Shown: positions 24,873 to 37,032 of the stretch, one piece after another
Layout of the letters: each line of letters begins with the position of its first letter
Numbering within the stretch: position 1 is the first letter of the stretch
Origin: Pecten maximus
Lineage: Eukaryota
NCBI RefSeq assembly: GCF_902652985.1
Contig: NC_047018.1
Span: 13,454,001-13,518,000, forward strand
Length of the DNA stretch: 64,000 nucleotides
Direction: 5' to 3'
Position numbers and translations under genes: made by a program
The notes under the pieces: generated by a model
The model's database searches: none
What the model saw: the letters and a program-made list of their open reading frames with translations, nothing else
Told to the model about the DNA's origin: nothing

Positions 24873-26573
24873 GACGTCTGTAGAAACATGACGTGTGCTA
24901 CGGGGTCAATATACATGGACGGGGAGTGTAAACGACAATACACCAGTGAGGCTTTCAAGTCTTATGACGTCTATTTCCGGATAACACCGGAACATGATTT
25001 CTGCGTGGCTTCCCTTGACCTGTTTGGTACCGAGCTGAGTATGTCTGTATTCTCAACACTTAATGGCTCCTCCTCTCTCAGGAACAGTATATGTTCGTTC
25101 GCTCCTCTATTCATGCCCGGAAATGAAGACTGCGACGGCAAGAACTTATCATCAGTAACATACGCACTGATCCATGTAGGAATCTACTTGTCTGCCGTTC
25201 ATTCTGTTGACCAGGTATTGACAGAGTTGTCGTTACTGGACAACAGTTTAATCGTTGTCGGTTCCCACAGATTCACAATAACAATCGATTCGAGATATTA
25301 TGGAGAAATAGCGTTTGACTCCCTCATTGACACACGGCGTTATACGGATCCCGATACAAAGAAGATACTCTTGAGGCTGCACTCCAATCGTATCGTGTCC
25401 AACATAGGCCAGTATCCTATACGACACCTGCGCGTGACGGAGTTGATATACTGCAGACGCGTGTTTTTGCCATCCAAAGAGTATAGCGTCACTTTTAATG
25501 AAGGCTCCATCTGTCTGGAAATGATCAGTCTATTTCTGACGAACGGAACATATAAACAAAAGCAGAACGGTCTAGAAATGTGTGCAGATCTTTATTTTGC
25601 GCATGTTCAAAAATTGTCACGTGATAGCCCAAAGACTGAGGTTTGTGACTCTATACATGTTAGTACATGGAATGCGTTGGGTCTTATGTCGTTGATTCCT
25701 GCAACCATGTCGATAATTTCCCTTATTTTGACTATTTTGACGTATGGCTTATTTGAATCTTTGCGAACAACACCCGGTAAAAACAATATGTTCCTATCCA
25801 TAAACATCCTCGTCACTCAGTGTCTGTTTCAGTTTGGGTCGGGACAGAGATCTTTGGGAGTAGGTTGTGTTGTGATCGGTGTCTTGATGCACTACTTCTG
25901 GCTGTCGGCCGTCGTCTGGACGAACATTTGTTCCTTTCACATGTTTAGAGTTTTCTCTAGCTTGAAAGCAAAGACCATGAGTTCACTGAGAGACGAGAAA
26001 AAACACATGGTAACGTACATAATGTATTCAGTGTTGACTCCCTTGGTAGTCGTGGCTGTAAACATCCTTGTTAACTTAGTGACGTCAGACTGGTCAGACA
26101 TCGGTTACGGAGGCTGCGTCTGTTATATTTCATCAAAACATATGATTATTTACACTTTTGCAATTCCTTTATTTGTTATTCTTTTGCTTAACATAATATA
26201 TTTTGTAATTGTGGTAATGGCTATTCGACGATCACAACATTCCAAACTTTCTTCTAACAAAGACAATGTATCGATCTTTGTGTATGTGAAGCTTTCCTGT
26301 GTGACCGGCGCCTCCTGGATATTTGGCTTTCTATACATCTGGAAAAGATATGACGTATTTTGTTACCTTTTCGTTATTCTTACTGCCGGACAGGGGATCT
26401 TCATCTTTTTGTCGTTCATTTGTTCCAAACGAGTTCTGAAAATGTACAGTAAATTAATGAGGTGTCCCAGTTCAAACAGAAACACATCCTCTTCCGGGAC
26501 AAATAAGCCGGTATTATCATACCTGTCGTCACATTCACAGAACAATGTACATCAATGTACAACCAGAATGTAA
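24873..26573 (+). CDS. GPCR-C coding exon 2: ectodomain, class-B-type 7TM and C-tail
   Basis: Acceptor cttttcag|gac gives DVCRNMTC, matching NICREITC in A and B. Motifs LRTTPG, HYFWLS, GYGGCVCYI, KLSCVTGASWIFGF and QGIFIFLSFIC. Stop TAA at 26571-26573. Confidence 0.92.
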   Translation, partial: DVCRNMTCATGSIYMDGECKRQYTSEAFKSYDVYFRITPEHDFCVASLDLFGTELSMSVFSTLNGSSSLRNSICSFAPLFMPGNEDCDGKNLSSVTYALIHVGIYLSAVHSVDQVLTELSLLDNSLIVVGSHRFTITIDSRYYGEIAFDSLIDTRRYTDPDTKKILLRLHSNRIVSNIGQYPIRHLRVTELIYCRRVFLPSKEYSVTFNEGSICLEMISLFLTNGTYKQKQNGLEMCADLYFAHVQKLSRDSPKTEVCDSIHVSTWNALGLMSLIPATMSIISLILTILTYGLFESLRTTPGKNNMFLSINILVTQCLFQFGSGQRSLGVGCVVIGVLMHYFWLSAVVWTNICSFHMFRVFSSLKAKTMSSLRDEKKHMVTYIMYSVLTPLVVVAVNILVNLVTSDWSDIGYGGCVCYISSKHMIIYTFAIPLFVILLLNIIYFVIVVMAIRRSQHSKLSSNKDNVSIFVYVKLSCVTGASWIFGFLYIWKRYDVFCYLFVILTAGQGIFIFLSFICSKRVLKMYSKLMRCPSSNRNTSSSGTNKPVLSYLSSHSQNNVHQCTTRM

Positions 26574-26599
26574 AGATATGAATGGCATATTGATGGGTG

Positions 26600-26830
26600 G
26601 TGGGACGGCACAGTGGTAATGGAACTGCAATTCATTTAAGCGGCCAGGGTTCGATTCCCCCATCGGACATGAAAAGGTATGGGTCACGTTTCCGACCATG
26701 TGAGCTTTCCCTGGGTACTCCGATTTCCTCTCATAGTAAGAACCCTCGCGCGCTTTCGTCAGGGCTAAAGATCGTGATTAATATAAGTTGATATAACTTG
26801 CTTGCAATTGTTGTAGAATATGTAAAGTTA
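26600..26830 (+). mobile_element. Diverged tRNA-derived SINE just after the GPCR-C stop codon
   Basis: A-box-like cggcacagtgg (26606-26616), B-box ggttcgattcc (26648-26658), and a central gggtactccg block shared with the SINE at 2707. Confidence 0.75.
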
Positions 26831-28289
26831 ACTTGTTTTTGGGATAAAATAATTCAATTCCAAGGAATTTCTATTACAATGCAGACAACATGATAAACAC
26901 GAATCATATTACTTGCGTAACGTCCATGTACATGACAATAATTTTATCTTTATTCATCCAGTGATCGGGAACATAATAAAAGTGGTGATGGTTGCGCTCA
27001 AGAAGAAGTGCTGTCCGTCAGAGTACACAAATATAACCTGGGTATAACTTGCAATAAATTGTAAAAAATAAAATCAATGTGCAATCTGATATATTTACCT
27101 AGCGTTTAAACAACACTTTGTTATAAGGTGATGGCTATGCCATAAATAAGGATACGTGTACTTCGATTAATTTCTTTCGTCTGGTTATTTTGGCGGAGAT
27201 ATTTGTGAGCTAGCAATTACAATAATACCTTTACGTTATGTGTAAATGTTCCTCTTATTATTATTTCTTTGCACGGTGTTTATAAAATTACGATGACAAG
27301 TTCTTATATCCATTTAATGCATTTATTTCAGTAGGAATATGATTATAAAATATATACATAAAACACAACAAATAAATACTTACTATTTTCTATGAATGGA
27401 CTTATTAGTCACAACTTGAATAAACTGGAAGTCGACAAAGCATGGTATAAGTGGCATACCACAATCAAGTAAATTAATTAAATATAATTAACGGTTTCCG
27501 GGTGACCAGCTTCCCAATTTTAATGACGCAATCAATGAACATTTAATTTACGGTTTCCGGATGACCAGCTCCCCGCCATTTCAATCAATAATTATTTACA
27601 ATTTCTGGTTGATCACATACCCGCTTATTATGGGTCAAATAAAGGGCAGATCAATTAATGGAGTCTTGGTGCCCATATCCCTTTTAAATAGAATATGAAT
27701 TCAACTTTCAGCTGATCAATATACAGCTGCACAATCAGCAGATCAGTGTTCACATCAATAAATCAATAGTCCATAACATTGTCAATGATTTGTTTTATCA
27801 ATATACTGGATTATAAAACATAATCAAATTTCACTTTTGCCGCAAATCATGCTTCATGTATACTGAAATATACCTGTTAGTTTCACAAACAAACCAACTC
27901 CAATACTGTGGCACATGAAGCTTACACATAAACCAGTCTGTTCTTCAGATATCGGGGGGGATGACGAGGTTCTATACTCGCACAAATTCAAAATGCGTAG
28001 ATCTTGACTGGCACATGCTGTCTGGTCATCCCAATTAACTGAAAGTCAATGCTAGAGAAGCAGCAGCTACATAGCAGATAAAGGGTGGGGGAATAGTGGG
28101 CTTTACGAAAATTCTCTTTGCCGATGGTAAACTTATTAGAATTAAATAGACCATTTTCATATTCAAGTATGCATGCGCCGTAACCTATACTACGACAGGG
28201 ACGCTAAGCGAAATCACGCGTGACTATCCGTTACTTGAATTTGAGGGGGCAAGCGAGAAAGTATGGCGGAGGCCTAGGGTTAACGTGTA

Positions 28290-28500
28290 AGCTAGGAGTA
28301 ACCGTAGATCAAAGAATTCAGTAGTATCGTTCTTTAGATTCCCTCTAAATGCACATCGGAGAAGATTGTGGAAAGTTGCCAGTCAGCGTGACGAAAAATC
28401 TTCAGAATTACTGAGCACACGAAGGTGTGTTCACCATTTTGTCACTGGTAAACCGTCGAAAGACTCGAAACATGTTGACTTTGTGCCTACTCTTAAACTG
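28290..28500 (+). pseudogene. Decayed THAP zinc-finger coding fragment, probably from a DNA transposon
   Basis: Reads SNRRSKNSVVSFFRFPLNAHRRRLWKVA, then FRITEHTKVCS in another frame, then HFVTGKPSKDSKHVDFVPTL. These are the THAP FFRFP, W, CSxHF and VPT motifs. Frameshifted, and the N-terminal cysteines are lost. Confidence 0.75.
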
Positions 28501-28679
28501 CACAAACGTGAGATAAGTGCTAAATGCAGAACATCTTCTACTAGTAAAAAGATCTCAGAATGGACGACTTCAGTTGACGCAGGCTTCTATTTCCATATCA
28601 GTTAGTATTTCACAAATTATAACATATAAACATAATTATATAACAGAATATCAATAACCATAGGTTACATTCTTGAGGT

Positions 28680-29400
28680 TGTTTAAACGTGCATTCATCA
28701 ATGTACATAAAAATTCTTCTGATGATGCCCAGTACGGAATTTGCTTTATTAATGGCGTTTCGTGTATGTATTGGACAGTTCAATCTATCATCTACTGATA
28801 TGCCAAAATATTTTCAAATGAATTATTTTTTAGTGTGAAGTGTTCTCTGTTTTGTCCTTTTAATTTATTTTCCCGGTGCTCAAACATTTTTATGTGGAGG
28901 AGCTTATATTTGACAATTTCTGAAGTGTATCTAAATCAGGCGTAAGATGTACCCTAGAATGGTTGGCTTACTATCATCTGCTCTAAATTTGATATTTCAC
29001 CTGGTGGTTCCTTGGTGAAGACGCTAGTAAAGAAGTGTTTTGTCCTTTTAATTTATTTTCCCGGTGCTCAAACATTTTTATGTGGAGGAGCTTATATTTG
29101 ACAATTTCTGAAGTGTATCTAAATCCGGCGCAAGATGTACCCTAGAATGGTTGGCTTACTATCATCTGCTCTAAATTTGATATTTCACCTGGTGGTTCCT
29201 TGGTGAAGACGCTAGTAAAGATATTAACTAGTACATCTGCCTTCTCCGCATCACTTGAAGCAATTTGTGTTATGTCATCATTGAGTCATTTTACGACTTT
29301 GAGATTCTTGATCTAACTTTCCTTTTTTCGTTTATATATTTCCAAGCCCGTTTAGTCTGATGCTAAACGCTGTTCGCTATAACCTTTTCTATGACTCTCC
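28680..29400 (-). mobile_element. CR1/L2-like LINE ORF2 remnant
   Basis: Minus-strand peptides WKYINEKRKVRSRI, DAEKADVLVNIFTSVFTKE and KYFGISVDDRLNCPIHTRNAINKANSVLGIIRRIF match motifs that flank the RT in these LINEs. Stops and frameshifts are present and the RT core is missing. Confidence 0.75.
28848..29221. repeat. Near-perfect 188-bp tandem duplication
   Basis: 28848-29033 is repeated at 29036-29221 with very few substitutions. Confidence 0.93.
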
Positions 29401-32400
29401 TTACTTTCCTCAGTTCCCATTTCACTTTGTTCCTGTGCCTTGCACATTGTTGATATCTTTCCTGTGTTTCACGTTCAATTCGTCGGATCCATCCTCAATG
29501 TTTCTTATTACCCGGAAACACTCTTGAATAATGACTGTTTTTGTACCTTCTGTTTTTCCTTCCACTAATGCCCATCTCCTTACAAACTTCCCTGAAGACC
29601 CTAATCAATTTGCTGCATGTTTATGCATTTGGTTTGTTTTCAAACATTTAACCAGCCAAAAAATGTTCAATAGATTTCTCCCCTAATTTTCCCTTCACAC
29701 CCAAGTCAATAAAAGTGAAAAATTCTGCATTGATAAACACTTATCAACACAAAAAAGGTTGAAATCTAACGGATGTATTGGTATAAGTCGGGACGCTGAT
29801 TTAACATCCATTTTTCCTAATTATAATTCCCCGTTTCACCGTAAAATTCACATTATATGAGGATAGCCTTTGAATGTTTGAAACAATATTCTGTGAATAA
29901 TCCGTTGCCAGTCAAAGAATCTTGGATGCGTCAAATGTACTTTCAACCATATGTCGATAAATGGGAAGTCGCGGGATAGGAGTAAAAAGTAAGACATACT
30001 TACCGAGAAGTGAGAGATATATCCGCCATGTGTTCTTTAAGTAACGTATGTGACGTAGTTTCCCCATCGTATTGTACTATACTGTACATGATCCTAAATT
30101 TGAAATATACATTAGAACCTGTTTGCTATAGTCTACATGTTGAATAGATGAACTGTTAACAAAGTATTATTGTATTTACAGTTGTTTATACCATTATACC
30201 ATATGTTTATGTGAGCTGGCCCCGTATTAGGTTCATGTACGATGGCTGATAAGTTGTGAGCCTCGTATTGAAGGAGGTACTCAAGGATGTTCTTTTTAAG
30301 TGAGGACTTACCTTCCTACATTGTACATTAGTTATTTAACTTTCTCAAATGGACTATATGATTCTTCAGTGTTCAGAGGTTTGTTTTGTGATTTTCAATT
30401 TAAGTTACATGAGTAGCAGTTGTCAACAAACTTGGTCCCGTCTCTAAGGGCATAGGGTACGTCATGGCCGAACAACTTAGGTGAGCTGCCTAGTCAGACT
30501 CGTGAGGCTTACGAACTTTTTGATGCGGCATCATCGCCCTTGGTATTGATATGAATTCGTCATCCTTTTTGAACCATTGACAGACTGATTACTTGGTTAC
30601 AGACAAAGAGCCATCATCGGCATTGGGAGGAACCGCCAAATGAGTCGAGCCGGTACCGCCGTTTTGTAACTCTCCATCAGCATCCTCGCCAACTTCATGT
30701 GCAAATGAGGAGCTGTCTGAGACTTGTGCGAGATCTCGTGAGACTGTATCAACCAAGATGGCTGCACCTATGTCAAATACTATTCAGGCTCTGTCGGCTT
30801 TTTTTGATGTAGGTACGTCTAATACACTCACCGTGAACATATTCTGCCAAAAAGAAACGTAAAAGGGACTGGAGTCTGCAAAACTCGAGTATTCCTTAGG
30901 AAAGGAAATGATTCTTTGGACTTTAGCGAGAGAAGAAAAGGGAATAGACTTGAATTTCGATTTTGCCGGACGTCAATTGGATTTCTGGTTTGCTTTTGAA
31001 CATTGTCAACTTCACCGATCTGAAATGTTATCAATGTTGTGTTGTATGCATATTGCTACATTTCAAAATTAAACATTTAGATGCATGTTTGTTGATTTTA
31101 TTCAGTTATTGCGCGAATATTCTGTTACTATGTTTAATTGAAAGCATTATTAGGCAAAGTTCACGTATACTCGATATGTAAACAACGGCCATGTGTACAC
31201 AGTTAATGTACCACGCACGTTGTTACAGCCTCGTTCTCAGCATAACAAATCTCGCGATAAAAATAAATGAAAAGAAAATTGAATTGCCATTTATACATGA
31301 CATTGTGTGCAACTGGAATTTTAGGGTATTTTGGAGTATATGGCTTTAAGATCGTTTTATGCCATTACATTCCAAACGTTCTATAGGAAGGATGTGATAC
31401 ATTCACAGGATCATAGTACATCTTTCAGTGAGGGCCTGTTGAATAACGTATGGTGGGTTGTTGTGAAGATATATCAATTAAAAGGACTATGTCATGATAT
31501 ATCACACATATATGATAAGTATGGCGGAACTTTTTCATATATCTTAGTTAACAACAATGATTTTTAACAGCGTCGCATATATAAGTTTGAAGTGTTAACT
31601 ATTTGGTTTGGTTTATTTTCATGATCCTCTACAAATATATGTATATCATATTAAAAAGAATGTTCGTATTTCAAAAAAATAATGTTTGTTCATTTTTCTA
31701 TATGCCATATTATCGATGGATACATTATCTTTAAAAACTCATGTAACCCCTCAGTATGTTGATTTGATAGAATTTACAATTTAAACAAGTAGGCCTATGA
31801 CATAGTAATATGAAGTTTGATAATAATTCTATCAAATCAACTTAATACTTTTAATACTTATCACACGCCCTCCCTTTCCCCAACCCTAGTGACTATTAAC
31901 AAGTCAAAATATATTATGTGTCTGATATATTGCATCAATGTACCCATCGATACTTTCAAAACTGACCACGTGACCACCTGCGTCATCTCATCTAATCCCT
32001 CAACATTAAGTTGATGTAATAGAATTACATGTATATATAATTAAAACTTTTTTTCCGGCTTCAATAGTGCCTAGAAAACAAGCATGATCCGATTATACTC
32101 TGGTGTAAACATTGTAAGGGAGACACCAAAATCAGTGTGAGGGGAGATAACTCTCAGAACTGGCTGCATATTCTAACTGGGTAACACTCAAAAATAGTTT
32201 TCCGTGTAATTTTATAACGTGGATTGCTGGTAATGCTACAATTCGTATTGATTTACAATATACAGCTGACCTTCGGTATGCTCGCCATATCCTTCCACAA
32301 CACATTCAGCTAACGTCCTATAGTGTTCGTCTGTCATAATCCCCCGGAGAGAGATTTTAGTCTAGGACAGTCAACTTTCAGCAAAAATAATAGCACTTAT

Positions 32401-32529
32401 CTTGGTGAATGTTTGTAACAGAGGTTACAACTCTACATGGGGTGCCGCGATTTTCGTTCGATAGAAAAACGTATAACCTCGAGGTCAGGTGTCATAATCC
32501 GTGGGGTTTGGATTCATATAGTATTACAT

Positions 32530-32855
32530 TGTATATAACGCCCTACCAACAGCTGTGGTCATTTAAGGACAGCCTCTCCTGCTTGTTGTTTAACGTCCTA
32601 TCAACAAATATGGTCATTTAAGGACGGCCTCCCTTGTGTATTGTTTAATTTCCTATCCACAAATATGGTCATTTAAGGACGGCCTCCCTTGTGTATTGTT
32701 TAATTTCCTATCCACAAATATGGTCATTTAAGGACGGCCTCCCTTGTGTATTGTTTAATTTCCTATCCACAAATATGGTCATTTAAGGACGGCCTCCCCT
32801 GTGTATTGTTTAATTTCCTATCCACAAATATGGTCATTTAAGGACAGCCTCCCCC
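32530..32855 (-). repeat. 55-bp minisatellite (about 6 copies) resembling a SINE 3' tail
   Basis: Units start at 32586, 32641, 32696, 32751 and 32806. The reverse complement of the 32586 unit contains tgttgataggacgttaaacaa, against tgttaataggacgttaaacaa in the SINE at 2853-2873. Confidence 0.85.
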
Positions 32856-32966
32856 GTGAGCCGAATCAGTGATACTTTTGATCATATCGGTGACCATGTA
32901 AGTAGTTAGCACGGCTACTCACACCGTCGACCGCCAGAATATTCACTATACCTTACACTTGTTTGA

Positions 32967-33258
32967 CACGTGGGGGCACTGGCTTGAAATAATTCGGATT
33001 GACACGAATATTCTTATTTTTATCAAAATCAAAATGCTTTCTGATCAACGAAGCTATTCTTCGGCTGAAAAATAGAAACGATATACCAAAATGGCTGTGC
33101 TCGTGCGCCGGCTTTGTCCGTTATCCGACATCTTGCCAAACACTTTTCCGATTGGTCAGATTTTCCGCATCCATAATCTACGGAACCAATCAGATTACTT
33201 AATTTGATTAATAGATAATTCATGAATACGAGAAATTTTCGGCCAGTGCCCCCACGTG
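32967..33258. mobile_element. MITE of ~290 bp with terminal inverted repeats
   Basis: cacgtgggggcactggc (32967-32983) and gccagtgcccccacgtg (33242-33258) are exact reverse complements. Imperfect symmetry continues inward. Confidence 0.8.
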
Positions 33259-33743
33259 ATCGGAGCTATGCTAAGATCGACAGATCACGTGGGTACCGAC
33301 GATGAGGAACTCACAGACACAGTGAGAGATAACACGTGACTTCGGAAGTAAGTTAATATATTTAATGTTGTTAGTACTGTAAGGCGACGAACTTGTCGGT
33401 ACGTGTTACGTACCTCCACTCTGGCCGTATCCATGAAAAGATACAAGACATGTGTTCATTTTTTCGAGATAATGATTCGTCAGGAGTATTGGAGTATTGT
33501 GCTATATAATAAGAATATAATGGAAAACGTAAAAGAGAAGGATATAGTACATGTTCATATGTATATACATAATGTATCACCAAATTGCCATATGCTCTAC
33601 ACATAAACATATTTCTGTAAATCTATTCATCAGATACACTAACCACGGTTGTATATATATACATATATATATATAACTACCAGGGTATGTTGTGATAAGT
33701 TATGACAGTGATTGACATAGATTGGCATGCCTGGCTGTAAATG

Positions 33744-34576
33744 TTACAAATAAATATGTGTGGTGATCACACCAAACCTAGCACTGTTGGTGGCGCTCTC
33801 TAAGTCCTCGTGCATATGACTTTCGTCTAAGGAGCCAATATTGCGACCGCTTGTTTGGGTGATTTTCTGTCCAAATTTGAATTTATATTTGATATCCATA
33901 CAGAATTCCGGTACATTTGTCTCACATAATTTGTTGGCCTTTTTAACCACTGGGTTTGAGGAAAGGTCGTTTTTATTCAATGCCAGTTGAAATTTGAGTG
34001 GGGATGATATTGGAATTTCTATCATGGTGTACCCACGAGGGTCAAGCACGCATCCGAACAGAGTTGTTTCCTCAAACGAGTCAAGTAGAGTGAAGAGGCC
34101 AGTAAATTTGGTCAGCCGAGGCCGCCTTTTGCCACTGAGAAATCTCACGAGAGCTGGGAACTTGGACGTCTTAATAAGACACTCACTATCAACTGACAAA
34201 CGGCCGTCGCCATTTTGATTGGGTATAACCTCCACGAATTCGCCCGACTGTGACAGAGGAAGAAGCACGTCCAAGTTTTTCTCGTCTCTACACTTGAGGT
34301 ACCTGACCTGTGTTTTAGGTCCGCCACGCAGGCTGTACAGCCGGCCTTCACTCTGTAAGTGTGTGGTACCCAGGTAAACACGATCTACCAGTAACACGTT
34401 ACCGGGGCTGTAGTTGACCTGGTCGTAATCCTGGGACTCGGGGCCAGGTCCTATCACACTGGCTGTGAGTTTAGTGAGTGTGAGGAACGCTGTCACCTGG
34501 TTCTGGACCAAACTCTCAAGCTGCTTATAACAAGTGCTGTCCTTCGCAGTTCGTGAATTCAAACGGAGAAAACGAC
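33744..34576 (-). CDS. CABIT-D coding exon 2 (CABIT-domain, GAREM/THEMIS-like protein)
   Basis: Acceptor ttttcacag|gt at 34576 completes IPADYEG-RF. CABIT-type signature YLKCRDEKNLDVLLPLSQSGEFVE and FPALVRF. Stop at 33744-33746. Confidence 0.85.
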
Positions 34577-34949
34577 CTGTGAAAAACAATAAAGATAACC
34601 ATTAAATGAATTACCTGTCCCACTTATGTGGTATGTCAGTACGGAGTAAGTTTAAATAAACTCCAAATCTACTACAAAATCACTAGTCTTCCAAAATTAT
34701 CTTAATTTCTAATTTAACCGAAAAAAAACTCTTCTTGAAGACCACAGACCCGGTTCGACGACTTTCCTTTGGAGGTGAGACAAAAATTAACTTGAAATAG
34801 AATAAAAGCCAATGCTTCGTACACGCAGTCTGTTTTAGCTTCAGTGCAAAACGTTGGGATATACTAACAAAAGATCCCAGACTGATATTTTTTCCTTTTT
34901 CCATCTTTCACTCTTCCTTCAAAACAGATTTAATAACTTTATATAAGGA

Positions 34950-36070
34950 TATACAACAGGAGCAACCTGTTAAAATCCAAGATGGACATACTCTTCGTCG
35001 TTCATGCTGGAGACCAAGAGGAACCTCAAGTTTGAGAAAGAACAATAATGACCATTCAGTACATTAAGAAATTGTTATAACAACGCAGTTTAAATTGCCA
35101 AAACTAAAGAGGTTACTTGTTGGTCATATTGGTATCAGGTTGGTCCTATACCGAAATATGCTTAACTATGGATCAAGGGGAACCTACAAGTACATATGAA
35201 ATTTGAGAACTGGCAGTAATAAACATCAATTGTCAAAATCCAAGATGGCCGCCTATCAGCCATATTGGATTTTGACAACTTACATATGAAATTTGAGAAA
35301 GATTCCTTTAGTTCTGTACTTTCTGAGAAATAGCGGTTACAAACTTCAATTGTCAAAATCCGAGATGGCTGCCTGTCGGCCACGCTGTTTTCCTATCGGT
35401 CCCAAAATACAATATGCACAACAAGGAACAAAGTTGAACCTACATTTGAATTTGAGAAAGATTCCTTCAGTACTTTCTGAGAAATAGCGGTTACAAACTC
35501 CAATTGTCAAAATCTAATATGGCCGCCTGTCGGCCACGTTGTTTTCCAATCGGATCGGTCCAAAAATGCAATATGGCTGCCTATCGGCCATGTTGTTTTC
35601 CTATCTGTCCTAAAATACAGTATGCAAAACTAAGGACCAAGGGAAACCCACATATGAAAAGTGAAAAATTTATTTCTTTCTGACGAAAAATCATCACAAA
35701 CATCAGATGTCAAAATCCAAGATGGCCGCCTTTCGGCTATGTTGTTTTTCGATTGGTACTGAAATGCAATATGCCAAACTAGGAACCAAAGGAGACCTCA
35801 TATGAAATTTGAGAAAGATTTCTTTGGTATTTGAGAACTAGAGGTTACAAACTTCAATTGTCAAAATCCAAGATGGCCGCCTGTCGGCCATGTTGTTTTC
35901 CAATCGGTCCAAAAATCAAGTATGCACAACTAAGGATCAAGGGAAACCTGCATATCAAATTTAAGAAAGATCCCTTGGGTGCTTTCTGAAAAAATAGCGA
36001 TAACAAGAATTGTTTACGGACGGACTACGGACCGCGGACAACGGACGCAAGGCAATTTGAATAGCCCACC
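34950..36070. mobile_element. Non-autonomous element with ~150-bp internal tandem units (bivalve CvA/HINE type) in the CABIT-D intron
   Basis: Repeated caaaatccaagatggccgcctgtcggccatgttgtttt ... gaaatttgagaaagat units, ending in an acggac microsatellite and atagcccacc. Confidence 0.7.
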
Positions 36071-36701
36071 CATTGGCAAAATGATTATATCATATTATGT
36101 TTGTGTTCGATGATATTTGGTGTTCTTATTGCAGACAGGCGACTAATCAGGTGATTTTTCAGAACCTCTTTTAACCGAAAATGGAGTCTTGGGAAGATAG
36201 TCAACATCTTTTCATATTTTTGCATGCTTTAAAGGGTGTCGTATTATATTTAAAGCCAATAAAATTAATTCTTTTGCTATTAGTAATCTGGACAATAGGT
36301 AATCACATTAAAGAGAAAGAAGAGGTAATAGTGAGGAAATTTCAGGTTTTTTGTTTAAAGGCCACTTTGTCTGCATCAGTAGACAGTGAAAAAATCAGCT
36401 CGTTATTTGTAGTTTGTGTTTGTTTTTACTAAGCACAATTTATCAAAACGGGATCGGTCATGCTTAACTGCACATTGACTTTTACTTTATGTAGGCGCAT
36501 GATAAACAATATTGATATCTCTTATTTTAACTAGACTAATCTCAACATAAATGGAACGGTTGAAACAGGTTTAAAAATAACTTTTTTTTTTCTAAATCTC
36601 AATGGTTTTATGTTAACTATCAAAACTGCCACTGGTATACTGATTATATCGCTGAGAGCACCTGTCTACGTGTTCGATAATCGAAATCATTTTAAACAAA
36701 C

Positions 36702-37032
36702 CTTCGTAATCTGCTGGGATGACGATGGATTCATCCATTTCCGTATAACGTTGTGTTTCAGGGTCCATGATAACATTGCGAGCGAGCAGTTTCCGGATGG
36801 TTCTTTTCTGGTAAAGGTACACTGGCTGGGTGAGGTTTACTGGAAGTGTTGTGTTTTTCTTTGTAAAAATGCACTGTTGGGTACATTTCACGATTTGCGG
36901 GAAAGGGAATTGTTTAACGATTTCTTCCACAGTAAAGGATTGGGTGCTCCATTGCGCCCGACCCCCCTCGGATTTAGCAGACTGCGAGCGGTGGATAGAA
37001 CCGTTATGACTGAGGGATCGTCTTGTAGACAT
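36702..37032 (-). CDS. CABIT-D coding exon 1
   Basis: ATG at 37032. WSTQSFTVEEIVKQFPFPQIVKC...IVIPADYEG. Donor gaag|gtttgt after 36702, phase 1. The joined ORF is 1164 nt. Confidence 0.83.

Noticed and set aside
30430-30960. GC-richer tract with a caagatggctgc motif as a gene start
   Set aside because: No sustained ORF or recognisable domain on either strand.
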